Assembly: GCF_052425735.1 (NCBI RefSeq)
Contig: NC_135771.1
Coordinates: forward strand, 868,001-932,000
Length of the DNA stretch: 64,000 nt
Reading direction: 5' to 3'
Origin: Oculina patagonica
Lineage: Eukaryota
Positions 36,363-51,019 of the stretch are shown piece after piece (position 1 is the stretch's first letter; the number at the start of each line of letters is the position of its first letter). Both the position numbers and the translations under genes were made by a program. The notes beneath the pieces were generated by a model. It was not told the origin of the DNA and did not search any database. It saw only the letters and a list, made by a program, of their open reading frames with translations.

Positions 36363-39300
36363 AAAATTATGTACCAAAATTATTTACACTTTATTGCAAG
36401 CTTTTTTGTTACTGCTTCCAATATCTTACTCTCCAAAAGAAATCTTTTCTAACAACAGCAAACATCGAAAACCAATTTCGAAGTTCCACTGATTTCCACT
36501 GAATCGCTTAAAAAACGTGAGTTTTTGCCTTTAGTTTGTGAACTTTGAATTTCATTTTCTCAGACTCTGATAAGAAATTGTTGTACCAAAGTTGTTTGCA
36601 CCTTATTGCAACTTTTTGTGTTACTGCTTTAAATATCTTATCAAAAGAAATCTTTTCTAACAACACCAAACATCGGAAACAAATTTCGAAGTTCCACTAA
36701 ATTCCCCTGAATCGCTTAAAAGACGATTTTACCAAATGGCTACACGTGAGATTTTGCCTATAGCTTGTGAACATTGAAACTAATTTTTTCAGACTATGAT
36801 TAGAAATTGTTATTGGTGTTGTGAGATATAATTACTTAGATCTTTACCTTTTATTAAGGATAGGAAATAACGCAGTAGGATTTAAATTATTCTGGTACTC
36901 GATTTTTGTCTAACTTGAAAAAATATTACTCGTCCTCTTGGTGGATCCCGTCTTACAATTATTCTAAACTGTTCGTTAGCTGTATCGTGGATGATATTCG
37001 GTCTTGTGTTTTGTATTTTATGGATAAGCGGTGGGGTAAATGTTTTCTCACTCGGATTGGGATTGACGTTCGTGTGTTTTTAACTGAGTGAGTTTTGTTC
37101 ACTGGGCATTTCTTGAACATGCTCCATTGACTTGTGGGTTTTACAAATATGTTTCATACATGTCCCTACTCTGCTCTGCTCTATTTGTGGTTCAAAATGA
37201 AAAGGAGGATCTCTGTCTAATTAAATTTTAAGTGGCTTTGTAACGGAAGGTTATGGAGTACAAGGTGATGAAACCGTTGTCGATAAAGAAATAAACTGGG
37301 AAATTAAAAGAAATCTGAGAGCGCATTCAAATGCAAACAGTTAACACCGAAGTGGTGATGTATTTTATTTCTTTGGACGTGAGTGGGATTTATGATGATC
37401 AATTGTTTAAGCCACTGAGTGTTTGTACATCTGCGAACGCCGGCTAAAATTTCAGAATGCATGCAAGATTTCATGTGTCTTAAATAGAAACAATTGTATA
37501 AATGCTTCACTGCACGTAAAATAAAAGCCAGCAGTTGTTTTGATACCAAAGAGTATAAGAGCACAGAAAGCGTTCACTGATAATTTTATGGCACAAATTC
37601 GTAGTTTAAATTAGTTCATTTTTATGACATTTATATTTATGTTTGAAACTGCACGTTGTACAAAATAAACCTTCCATTTGCCTGATTGTCGAGGATATTT
37701 TTCCCCATTTGTATAAAATTCTAGTACCTTATGTGAGTTCCTAAATAGGTCTTTAGTAAAAATCTTTTTCTTTGACCTTGGTTTAGGAACAATTTGTCAA
37801 GTTCAATACTTCAACTTTTTAGTTATCAATAAAACTAATTATTGATCTTTCACTTGTCTTCACGGGAATCCGTATACGTCACCGAGAGAAAGTGCTGCCT
37901 GATCGTAAGTTATCAGCTTTAAAAAAGCATTAATGTAATTAAAAAGATCAATCAATTTAAAGGAGAAATGATCCATTTAAATATTAAAAGTTGGAGAAGC
38001 TCTGGTTTTTTTTACGTTTGAGCACTATTAAATAAAGTAATCATTTTCGATGAATTTGACGAAGGATTAGGTTAAGCGGAGCATTGACAGCCTTAATGTG
38101 ATACTTTCCATTTAGAATTATACTAAAGGATGTTAAATGTAATTATTATAATTAAATGTTTTTTAAACCAAGAATAAGGAAGAGAGGCTACAAAGGATTA
38201 ATCGGAAGCAACTGCAAGTTGTGCTGCTACCAACATATATATTCCGGGTGCACCTCCATTGATTTTTTAAAAATCGTGCTTAAATTGAAATTTTTTTTAA
38301 ATGATTAATATATGGTCCTATATAGAAGTAAATTTATCAATCAATAATCATAAAAATCCGTGTTATACGGTTTATTTCTAATGTTGCCAATAAATAATAT
38401 TTCTAGGCTTTTTTACTTGTAGTACCTATAGTCCCAAGAATGACCAGAATCTTATTTCCCTTATTATGATCTTTTTTAATTGTAATCATAAGAATCATGT
38501 GTGATACTTTACATAACTAAGGGTCTCAGCAGGCTAGTGAGCTTGCTGTCGATAACTTTTAGTGCTTAATAGAGCTTTTCCACTGGCTACGTAGACACCG
38601 AAGCTATCGATAGCTTTTTTGTTAGTTTTTCTCTTAATAAATAGCGTTTGCATGTCACAATGCATGTTTCGACGCTGAACTAGGAAAACAAGCTGTGAAA
38701 AGTGGTAAGTTGTCAATAACGAAGTGTTTTTTTAACTGTGTTTTCGTCAACTCCTTTTACACACTGCCTTTTTTAATAACGTTTGGTTTTCGACAATTTA
38801 ATAGTCGTTCTAAAAAAAAATCTCTATATAGTTGGTTTGTCGAGGCTCAAATCTTAGATTACAAAACCTACAGTACAGCACCTGTATTAGTTCACATTAT
38901 TATTGTCGAATAATATTATTTACATCACTTACCCTATAACATTTTTATTTACGTATATTACATTTTGAACATTACAGTATTGTTAAAGCAATTTTACAAC
39001 GGGTAAAAAGATAAGTTAATATAAGTATTGTATAACAAGTCGTGAGTAGTGGACGTATCTTTTTGTAAGCGACGCCTTTCTTGTTTGTTGCAAAAAAGAA
39101 AGAAAAAAATAGTTCTGTTAGATTGTTGGGCAAAGAACGCCAAAATATAAGTTTAAAAATGATTACTATCTACAGCTTGAGACAGAAACGGTATTTCGAT
39201 TGGTGAGTTTTCCAAGTATATGAAATGATGCTCACAGCGAATTTGAACGTGAACCTGATATACGTGTACCTCATATGGTAATAAGAACAAGTCGGTAAAG

Positions 39301-42300
39301 TTATTAACTATAGATTCCTTCTTGTTATAGGTTGCTCTGTGTTAAGGAGTTATTGACGGTTTCGTGGCGTATGTGAGCAATTTCCTCATCTTCTCGTGGT
39401 ATTCCAGTCAGTGAAATTTTTCTGTTGCTTTCTCCTTGGGAATTCTCTGGTTTTGCCTGGGAGCCCTCACGTACGAATGATGAGTAGTCCACAAACCTTG
39501 ATCCTTCCGGTTGTTGCTCCGTTTTACTCAACCGTCCATCGTGACTACTTCTGGTACCTCTTTCCTTTGCTGTTATGTCTGTCTCTTCAGGCGCCACTTC
39601 CACTTTCCTCCAGAAACAGAGAATTCTTGTAAATTTTTTCCTGTAATTGCGGTTGGTAGCTCCGTAAATCCAAGGATTCACACAAGAATTGAACATGGCT
39701 AAGACAACTGTGGCGTGATGCAGAGGTGTATCCAACTGGGTGATGCTGAACTTTGACAGGACGTAGACAAACTGGTTTGGAATCCAACATAGTGCCAAGA
39801 ACAAACCTGTTATAGCGCACATGCGCAAAAGGCTGTTGAAAGATTTAGTGCTGTTGCTCCTGGCGAGACGATCACGTGACTTGCGCATAACTCGATACAA
39901 GTGAAAAAATGTGATCATGGAAATAAACAGTGGGATAAAAAATGTGAATGCTACGTAAACGACGGTAATAATTTGAGACGTTAACTTGTTTTCAATCAGC
40001 GTTATCCAGACACAAGACTGGACTCCGTCTACCATGACAAGTTTCTTTTCAATTAATGCCTGCCAGTTAAGCGCACAGCAAAACATGGAAACGCTTGTAA
40101 TATACACGATGGCTTTCCACCTCTTGAACGTAGCCTTGTACTTGACAGGCCTTGTAATTGCATACCAGCGGTCTATTGCTAAAAGCATCACTATAGCAAC
40201 GGAGATCTTGCCGAAGGTAAAGACGAAGTAATGGGAACTAAGTATATGGCAGAAAACCTCTCCAGCAAAGTTTTTTGGGACGGGAAAGTTTTCATCTCCT
40301 ATGACAAAGGCTGGAGTAATGGCCAATATAAATCCTGCGGAGACCAACAAAAAAAATGAGTTTGAGATTTCTTAAACAATATGTAGTAAATATATTCAGC
40401 TCTTCGCCCATTGCTTCTTGCATCAATGTTTTGTGTAATCCGCGCACATTCTTTTCTGTTCATTTTTCTCTTCGACACTTTCCAATTACATAATCATAAT
40501 TCTTTCACATGTTTTCGCGTGGTCGTTTGCCTTTGTTTTGTTTCGTTCTGTATAGCTTTAATAACTTTGTACGGACTGTGTATCTCAATGTTATGAGTTG
40601 AGTGTAACTCAGAATTGATTGGAGCTTTTGTAAGCCTAGCCCAAATAAGCGCCAGTACTTTGCAATTAGATTGCCTTGCAAAGACGAGATGTACGACCAA
40701 CAAATGCAACACATCAACGCTTAACCGTTGCGAGACAAGTTACTTGAAAAACTGCCTTTCGTAAGATCGTTTTGCTTTTCATAACTTCGCTTCAATCTGT
40801 TGAAATCTGATATTTCTCGCTCATAAAAAGTCAGCCTGAGCGACCTCAAAAGTTTTCATTTGAATGTCCATGGTAACACCGAAAATGCTAAAGAGACAAT
40901 AGGTCCGATGTGTTTTTCTTTTGCTTTAATGGCAGAAAATTCTAAACATGTACAATCAATTAAAAGTTAAAATTAATTTGAACTTGTAATATCTTCCTCT
41001 GTAACTAAGCGTACATGAAAATTTCACAGAGGGAAATTACGCACGCCATAAAAGCCTTGTAACAGGTGTATTTTAGGATGAATTCAAGAATGGCATGTTT
41101 TAATGACTTATCCAAGAAGAACATGCTTGTAAGCTATCATCTGTAGGTTTTACTGTACTGACGGTACAGTAAATCGCAGGTGTCCCAGGATATTTTCTGC
41201 TTATGTTTCAAGGCGGTCACAAGGAGGCACAACGTATTGATGCTATAACCGTCAATATTAATCAAATCGAAAGGCCGTCAGCAAGTTTTAAATACTGGTT
41301 CACTTTTCCAAAAAAAACGTAAATGAAAAAAGTTAATTAGCTTTGTAAAAAGCTATGACATCCATGAAATTAAAAATTGTGGCCATAAAAAGTCTCCCTA
41401 AAGCTTTAGCTTAATCAACATGAATATTTTTTATATAGCGCAAATTGAATATAAAAGTTTTCGTTATATCTAATATTTGTAACTCAGATAAGAATAATTT
41501 TGTTCACGTGGAAAAAGGCCTATTTTTAATTGCTATTTTTAATTGAGTGAAGTTATAACAAATTTGCATTTTAACCAAACACTTTGTTCGTTCTAAGATG
41601 GCTTCCGTCGTAATATATCACGGAGTTCGCTACAAATATGTGAAAACGCCAAGTCAGTGTTTTTAAATTTGTAAGTGGCAGGTTCTGTAAAACTTGTTTC
41701 TATTGTGTCCAGAAGCTCCCGGTTTCTCACATTGGATTTCTTTTGTACTGAGTTCAGTGTTTTTTTTTTGTCTTTTTTTGACAAAAAGCGTAACGTTTGT
41801 AACCTACCTGTAAACATATCAGTGAAGGCCAGCGAGAGAATCATCAAATTGTATGAGTTCTTCAACATGGTCCGACTTCGGAGAATAACAGCACAAACCA
41901 AACCATTGCCTAAAAGCGCCAGTGCAGCGATAACTCCAAATGTTACCCTTAGAGGGGTTCGAGAGTGGTCGATATTGGTTTTATTGTCTGCTGGCTCTGT
42001 ATCGTTCATGGAAAGCGTCATGGCTTTTTAGCACTAGTTTAGTAACAGGTATTATCTAGGAAAGAAGACAAACTTGAGATGAATACAATGGCGAATTAGG
42101 ATTACGGTCGGTTTCAGATACACAATTTAATATCTTATTGTCATCGGTCTAGTTACTTACCTGATACCAACTTAACTTTGTTATTTTTTAATTGTTAAGA
42201 AGCCTTTGGAATTAGACATAAACTAATTTAAAATTGTCTGCACCAGCTGCGGCTGAGACTGGCACTCCCGTATTGGAATGGTCAATCACTATCACACAAT

Positions 42301-45300
42301 ACGCTGCAGCGCAATGTGCAGGCGTTGACTCTGGGCAGGCAGAGCACATCATCACTGTCCTTCGGGATAGAGCTCTGCCAACAACAAATACTAAGCCTTC
42401 TTAATCTGTTGATGTATAAATCATATTTGCTCCTCAAACAAAATTGGAAAAAAAAGTTGATTGTGGCATCCCAAAATTTACAACTAACCAAAAACTTTAC
42501 TCTCGAGATTTTATCATTTACATAAAAGAAAAATGTAATTAGAATTGTGTACTATTCGCAATGAAATTTTTGTCTTAGGGCTATCAGTTTTCGATAAAAA
42601 AAAGTCGATCGGTTTTTACCTTATCTGGAATATTCTATTTTTACCTTATCAGCTTGAGGGACGTAACAAGTACAGTCGCTGATAAAAGAAACGCAAGTGG
42701 CATAAGGAGGCAGCCTACCGTACGAAGATGAGTTGGAAAGTAAGTATTGCTTTATCAACCCCACGCAAAGTGTAGTTGGCGTCTCCAAAGTTTCCCTTTA
42801 TTAGTCCTTTTTTACGTTTTCATTTCTGTTTTAATTATAGTTTATAAAATTATGGTTCTAAAATATGCGCTCCGATTGGTTGGCTAGGCGTTTTGTATAA
42901 AGCTATTTAAACACGGCTGACTCCACATTAAAATTCTCGTCTCTATTTTACACCCGAAAAAGAATATTGAAACTTCATGTTTACTTAGCTCGCTGTAAAC
43001 ACTGGGAGGCACGAACAACAAACCTCGTCTTTAGTTATAATTCACAGAAAAATAATACCTCTTCCCAACTTACGTGAATTCTACGTAAACGCAAGCGTTC
43101 ACATTCAGTACTGTTGCGCTGTAAAGCTACTGGTCCTACTGAATTACTTCGACAATAATAATTTTCAAAGCAGAGGCATACTAAATTTTCTCAGCAACAA
43201 ACTAATTGATATCTCGAGATATCGAATGACTTTGCTAATTTTCTTCTCTTTAAACTTCAGTAATAAAACAATTTCAGACCTGCCAACATTCTATTAAAAG
43301 CAGCAGTGTGATTGAAACTCTCATGTAACATAACACCTTTTGCGTAGAATTTATGTTTCGTGTAGAATAACCCACAAGAAATATGATTTGTCTTGTAGAA
43401 AAAATACTTACTTTAACGTTCCAACTTGACGATGTCCTCGTTTCAAAACTGAAATTCAGCTGATATTTCTATGAATACTCTTTGCTTGCTCAGTTCAATC
43501 ACGGTAATACCACCGAAACGGATTCGCTTTTCTTAATCTTACAGCGCTTCTAGCAATACTTGAACACACTGAAGCACTTATATAGCAATTCGGCGGTAAA
43601 TGTGTTTATCCTTAAGTTCGTGCCGTGCTCTTTAAGTTTGTAATTTAAGGAGTCGGTGAACGGATGCGGAAATGGGATTTCTGCCTCAAGAATTAATAAC
43701 AAACGTCAGAATAATAATTGAGTGCACTTGTAAAATGCTTAAAGCTAATCAAGATTGTTTTCTTGTACTGACAAAATAGCAAAACAGTTTTCCACTTGAT
43801 ATGACTTTTAATGGATTAAAGATTGATCCTGACATTGTCTACCAAATTGCAAAAATAGATATGATAAGACTCAAAAAACAACCTTCAAGTTATCATTCAC
43901 TAAGGTGGACAAAATCGATGTTGACTTGTATATTTCTACGGTACATTGATAAAAACTCAGCGTTTATGGTTTTCACTGCTAACATTTTTCTTTACTTTTT
44001 CTTTCGTCGATACTTTCGGAGATGCTTCAATGCTGACAATTTCCAAGTCTATACGTTTGAAAATTTATTTTTATATTAAAATTGCAATTTTTCTCAAACG
44101 TACCGATATATGAGCGGCATTTTTGGCTGTCTTACCGCATATTATCAAAACACACGGTCGTCTTCAAAACTTCCTATCATAACTTTTGAATTGTAAAATC
44201 AAATTTTAGGTCATTCTACAAACTACGTAAGTGAGTCCTTTGTAGTTATTTTACCATAAATACGACAACAGTTTCCAAACAGATTTAGGATGTAACTGAT
44301 GAAAGCGACACTATTAATCATTAATCGGTCTCATTGCTGTTCCAAAACCTCGTTAAATTTTTTTATTTTAGCGATTAAGCCGACTTCTTCGTATTAAACT
44401 GTCTTCATTTCCCGTTTAAAAACATGATTAATTTTGTCTTAAGCTGATTCGTTTCTTCTATTTTAGGTTTTTTGTAATCCGGTATGCGGCTTAAGAAAGG
44501 AAGTGCATTAAATTTTGAGGTAGGTTAACATAATTAGTTAACCTCTCGATAAAACTATAAGTAATACCTTTATCGGAAGCAAGTAATTACAGATAGTGGG
44601 GTTATTGAAGTCTCCAGCGAAACTTTTGATGTAGATTACGATGATGCTGATAACATATGCTCGTTTAATTCTCTATTCCGACGAAAAAGGAAAAAGTTAC
44701 AAAAACTTTAAAATAGTGATCGATAATTTGTATTTTTTTACTACGAATGTTCTCCATTAACAACTTGCTGTTATAGGCGTACAAAGATTCGTGTATATGC
44801 ACGAAGCGAAATGCGAAGGAAATGGACCATTAATTAAAACACAAAATATGACAATCATTTTGAATTATAGAGGTACTACAGATATGAAGTTTATATGAGT
44901 CTTTTTCAATTCTCTTCAATAAATAACCTTCTTAAAAGAAGGTTGCCGATTTAAGTTCAGCTTAATTTAATTAATAACTTCTATTTTCGTAACATTTTGT
45001 TTTGAGAGTTTGCGCCCACATTTTATCAAGTTGTCTTTAAATCCATTCTACATATATCCTAAATGCGTTGCATCGCTATCGTGGAGATCATTGGTTCAGA
45101 ATATGAACAAACCCACCAAACAAGCATCCGTACCTGGCAACGCGATACAGTTTAGATACTAGGCTAGGCTTGCGATAGTGCTATCAATTGTAGAGTGCTT
45201 GCTAAACTATTTTATTATTCGTGGTAAAACTTTGCACAGAGTTATCTTAAAATGGTCAACGATTGTGAAATGACGTACTTTTACATTTTCATAAGTTATC

Positions 45301-45703
45301 TATGTTCATAAGTTATTTATGTATTTATTTCTTGAGTCTGTTTCCCACGCATGTGAATTCTACGCTTCTACGCACAAGCAAGTTGCACCTTTCTGTCCAC
45401 TGTTTGTCACTGACTGCATCCATTTAAATGATAATTATTCATTCATTCATTCGTTCATTCATTCTTTCATTTCTTTCTTTCTTTCTTTCTTTATTGTTTT
45501 ATTAATATCTATTTTTTAACGTGCTTGAAGGTTTTAAAATGACATATTATTGACATATTATTTTCCACGTTAGATCAAGTTTTGTCTGTTTAGGCCTCCT
45601 ACAGTGGTGGAAAATTGCTCTGGGAATATTTTTTAAATAATTTTTTAAAAAGAGAGGCCGAGGAGGCAAGGTTTTCCTCGGTTATTGCCTGTCAAGATAT
45701 CTG

Positions 45704-45760
<57 letters not shown>
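36363..45760 (+). repeat. Segment duplicated at 52570-62362 (copy 1)
   Basis: Line-by-line near identity, including the GPCR3 gene and non-coding DNA. Confidence 0.95.
39325..42021 (-). CDS. Class A GPCR, paralogue 3, ~407 aa
   Basis: Exons 42021-41808 and 40334-39325. Motifs: GNGLV, LAFTD, DRW, CWIPNQ, NSCVNPWIY. Close paralogue of gene 2. Confidence 0.92.

Positions 45761-45761
<1 letters not shown>
45704..45761. repeat. (TTTA)n microsatellite
   Basis: Seen directly; shorter in copy 2. Confidence 0.95.
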
Positions 45762-45763
<2 letters not shown>

Positions 45764-47032
45764 AGTGTTTCATTCATTTATTGAAATAAAGTCACACCTG
45801 AAGCCTTCGTGCATAACCATTGGGCCACCATTGGGGCAACAGCCCATCAAAATATCAGGTGATCAATAAAAAGTGTTTTATTGAATGTAAGTGTCAATAT
45901 ATGACCATGTGATCTAAAAACTTGAGAGCAATTGCCACGTTAATATTGATATTGATAAGTATATTGATATTGATATCGATCGTTGTCAAATAAAAAGGTT
46001 CTTACTTGCGTTTCAGCAACCGTGCAATCTTTTGGCAGAAGCTTCTATGTTTATGAGCTAAATAAATTGGAGGCATGTTTAACGAAGCGGCTTTTAATAC
46101 ATGACGTTTAAACGTTTGCGTGAATGTAGTATAACCATTAGATAAGACGTAGATAAAAACAAATGGGAAATTATTAGTAATTTTAGGTTTTTTTTAAATT
46201 ATGTATTAATCAGATACGACACACAAAGACGTTTATATAAAATGCAATCGAATCACAATCTTAATTCTTACTTGCCCCCAGTCGTCTTTAATTTTGTGAG
46301 CAAATTATAAGATGCGGACCCCTACTTCTTAAAATTTTCTTCCAAGGGACGACTGGTTATCCGAACAAGTCATCTGACTAGCAATTAACGCTTAGAAAGT
46401 TGGTTGATAATTAAGTAAATAATATCAGAAACATTAAGGACATCAGACTTCGTGCTCCGAAGAACGTGTCACAGCTATCAAATGTGGCGGTTATATTGAT
46501 GGCTTCGACGGAAATCAAATTTAAGACAAACAGGTCACAATAAGAAGCAATATATTTTGTTTTATAATCGACACTCTACGATCACCGTAGGAAATGAAAC
46601 TCATAGAAATTTGAAAGAAAATATATTTTGTAGGTAAATAAAAAGAAGGTCAATATGTCTAAAAGTAAAAAACTTTTGATGCGTGCATGAGTGACTAAAA
46701 ACAAGTGTGATTTTCATAATAAAATCCACAACCTTGGTGGGGAATGTATAATAAATGACATGAATTATAAATTTATATCAATAATTCAACTGATGTTTTA
46801 CGTGGGTAAATAATAAACGCTTTATTGGAGACTTTCTGAAGAGCAATACCTGATGGGATATATTGTAAACAACTGAAAATAACTTGATTGCATAATTATT
46901 TATAAAAGGCAACAGGCGCAAACAAGCAGATTCACCTGTGCACCATTGATCTAGCGGTTTGATGCAGAGCCGCCAGCCTTTTTTTACTCTGGAAAGACAA
47001 CGTGTAAAGGAGCTTTTTTTGAATGCACTAAA

Positions 47033-50000
47033 ATGAGTGTAGGTCTCAGAGTTGTATTTGGTTTCATAGGATCACTTGCCATCATCAACAACACCCTTTT
47101 GCTGGTAGTTATTATCCAGAACAGGTCTATGCTGAAGACGCCATACAACACATTGGTGTTAAGCTTGGCCATCACTGACTTAATTTCAGGTTGGTGCAAG
47201 GGTTTGCTTTCATCTCTGTCTGAACAAACAACATCCGTAAGATATTAGCGGTTCTGTAAAAGTTGTGTTGATCGGCGAGCTGCTACAGTTTTCAGATACT
47301 TTTTACAATTAGAAAGGAGGAGATTCAATGATAACACTTTTATATTAGCTTTAAATGCATAAGTTTCTTGGAGAGAGTCAGGTTCAATAACAGCCTCCCA
47401 ATTTTATAAAAAAAACCTAGCGACATATACAGGGCTTTTGACAACAATATTAGAAAAGAAAAGTAAAAGTTTGTTTACATTTGTGATCAAAACAATTTTT
47501 TATTTCTCTAAAAACCCTTCTTTTTCACGCTTTTTATTTAAAGTACGTACTTCGTTTATCTTTTAAAAAACCTTTATTTAATACGCTCATATCAAAGTCC
47601 TGAGTTGCTACTTCAACTCTTACCGAAATTTCTTTTCGATTCCAAAATCCCATCAATTATTAACGACTGGTGGAGTATCATCGGCTATTCTGTTCTTTTC
47701 TTCCATACTTTTGAGCAGAGAAGGGTGCGTATTTCCGATTCTGAATTTAAAAATTAAAGAAGAAATATAATGGAAACTAAAGAAAAACGCTGAATAATAA
47801 CTATTTATCTTTAATTTTTGTCTGTTGATTTTATCGTATTGGAGAGTGAAGGTATAGCAGACAGTTAAGATTGACATTTGCCAAATGGCAAACATGTCAG
47901 AATGCAAAGGGCATGTTTTATTCGGAATGGAACTGTGTAACTGTTTTACGCGTATGATAAATGACCGTCTCTTACAACATAATTTACAAATTAATCGCTT
48001 AACCCGAAATTCTCACCGTGGATTTTTATTTTTCATTCCGCAAGTCATGGAAAAAAACACTCCTTGTTTTTAGATTTGGAACGCACGTCTTCCTAACTGG
48101 CAGACTGCTTTTGAATTTTTTTTTTTGCGTTAGTTTCGCTAAATCACTTTGTAAGGCATCCAAATTTGAGAGAAACGAAGCAATCCTTCATTTAATTGGA
48201 ATAGCATTTCTTGCTCTAGGTGATAAATTTTCCATCTAAATGCGGCTTTCTTTAACACCTCGAGATAAATTTGTTTGCTTATACTCGGTGAATTCGATGG
48301 GCGGGTCCGTCCAGTGGGAAACATTCCAAGTACCAGCGGTGCACTCTTTACATAAGCCACAGGATATTATTATGTTCACCCATGCAACCTTTCTCAATGG
48401 CTCAAGTTCTAATGGCAAAACTTGCTTTAGGCAATATTGAACATGTTAAGCAAACTTGTCAATTTTTTAACAGAAAGCTTTTTTTAACTCATTATTTTAT
48501 GATACAGCATGGATTAAAAATTAAGCTTAAGAACATCTTGCCCTTTACTGGCCTTTTTTTTTAAAAAAAAGAAGTGAAACATTTTAAATTTCTATTTTAC
48601 ACTTCGCGGGACTACTTTCGCACGGCTCTGTTAAAATTAAATACTTAAATTGTATGGTTATCAGTTATAGGTAAAATTGTTATTAGAACGTTTTTTATCT
48701 AAGCCGAACTATCGCAGCGATGAACCTCGAAAGGTTTATTTTTTTTCTTCCCTTAATGTAAGAAAATTTACTCCTTCACAGATGTGTACATATAACTTTT
48801 AAACAACAAACAGGTCTTGGTGATATGTAACTTATGTTATAACGACGTTAAGTATTTTTTAGTTTGTTTCAGTTTAATATAACAACGTTAAGTATTTTTT
48901 AGTTCGTTTCAGTTTAATCAAGGTTTCTTTTTTAAAACAGGCAACATATCATCTGATATACGCGCTGACAAAAACGTTTTTAAAGCTATTTAGCAACACC
49001 GTGGGTGTGCCAAGTATATGATATAAATGTTTTATTAATCTGTCAAGTGCACTTGAGGCATAAAAATTACGCAAAATTTAATTTCTCCAGCTTTGCCGCC
49101 GCCACGATCTCAAAGGCTTTTTATATTTCCATAGATACGCTATTATTTGGAGTTTTAAGATATCAACATGGCGGGGGTGACATAATATAGGGGAATTCGA
49201 AAGTTTCTATTCGTGATTGCCTCAGGCTTCGTTTACGAAAAGCGCACGTCCATTTGCAAAGTCATGATAATCGCCACGTTAACAACGTCTTATGTGAAAC
49301 AAATACCGCACAATTCCGGTTATAAGCCTTGGGCTTATACAACTTCATAAGGGTTTTGGGATGGACTAATAATTGGAGCAGGTTATACCCGGGAGGGCTT
49401 ATAAACGAAACGAGCCACGGGAGTGTTGATCGAAATACGTTTTAAGTTAAAAACGAAAAGCAACATTTAGCCTTGTTCAGTACTGTCATCCGGCAGAGGG
49501 GGCTTATATCCGGGGGGCCTTATAATCGGATGAATTTTTTGTTTCCAAGTAGATGGGCCTATAACTGGGGGGAGGGGGCTTATAACCGGAATTTTACGGT
49601 ATACGATGGTAGCGCGCCGTTATATGACCAAGCTATTATGAAAAAACAATTGATAACAATATAGTAGTAAAACTTATTTTAATATTTTTCACATATATTT
49701 TTTAATATGTATTCTTTTCAATTTAAAGGAATTGGTATTTTAGTTACCCCTGTGTACGTAATTGGGTCTGACTCAGTCACAGTTCCGCCCGGAGGTTTTG
49801 GCCAGTTTTTCTGCCGAATGATTTTTTCTCAGTACCTCGTGTTTACGCTGGGTATCGTGTCAGTGTACACAGTCACATGCATGGCAATGGACAGATGGCT
49901 CGCTGTAGCTCGCCCGACCAAGTACAAAACAATTTTAACGAAGCCGCGAGTTAACATTTGTGTGCTGTGCATCTGGGTGCTGTCGGTTCTTTTGAACACT

Positions 50001-50567
50001 CCGCACCTGTTTGAAATGAAAGCTACAACCGGCCCAGACAACAAAGCGGAGTGTGAGTGGGTTGTTCTCACCCAAGGAACAACAAGAAGAGTTGTGGCTA
50101 TTTTGGAATTTTGTGGAAAGTTTTTCCTTCCCCTTCTCACGACTACCGTTACCATGGTAAGTCTCAACAATCACGTCAAGTCGTCACCAGCCCTCTTTCA
50201 AACGAATAGAGGCAAGGCAGGGCTGCGTTTACTGCGCATGTGCATGTTAACAGCGATCGTGCTTGGAGTGTGTTGGTTTCCTAACCAATTGTATTATATG
50301 TTGTTTAAGTATGACATCACTCAACTGGACACGCCCATGCACCATTTCACTGGGGTGCTGTGCATGTTCAACTCGTGCGTCAATCCTTTGATTTACTGCA
50401 TCAGTAACAAGACATACCGAAGGCACTTTTCACTTGTCTTGTGTCCATGGTACAGGGTAAGGATTGTGGCAATGGAGCAGACTGGAAGTGATCCTGGAAG
50501 CGTGGCAAACGCGCTAAGAATCTCTAAGATGAATGGACCGGCTGCAATAAGCGTTACAAATGCTTAA
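47033..50567 (+). CDS. Class A GPCR, paralogue 4, ~331 aa (N-terminus uncertain)
   Basis: Exons 47033-47189 and 49729-50567. Motifs: LAITD, DRW, CWFPNQ, NSCVNPLIY. Confidence 0.9.
49306..49599. mobile_element. Tc1/mariner-pogo-type MITE with TA TSD in the GPCR4 intron
   Basis: TA-CCGCACAATTCCGGTTATAAGCC ... GGCTTATAACCGGAATTTTACGG-TA; internal GGGCTTATA repeats. Confidence 0.75.
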
Positions 50568-50973
50568 GCTATCGACATCGATGGACAACAAGACATGACC
50601 TTCCAAGAAACAAAAATGGTTATTTTGAAAGTAGTGAGAAACTTTAACTAGCATTTTGTTTGTCAAGTGAGTGGTATATTGAATAGGAGTTCATCAATGT
50701 CTGTGACAGTTTTCTTTTTTTTTCTGTACGCAATGGTTTTTTCTTTACATGACAAAATGGGAAGGTATGAAAACGCTGATACATTGTTATGGTAGACGCT
50801 ATTAAAAGTTCCAGTCCAAAACTTACAATTTTTATGTATTTATAAGAGAATCGCTCGTTCGATCGTGTTCTATCAACGAACACAAAGCAATGGAAGAACC
50901 GTTGAGATTCGCGAGTTTCCAGTAGATAACTCTAATGTTATCATGGTTATACTAGTTAGAATTCGAAATATTT

Positions 50974-51019
<46 letters not shown>

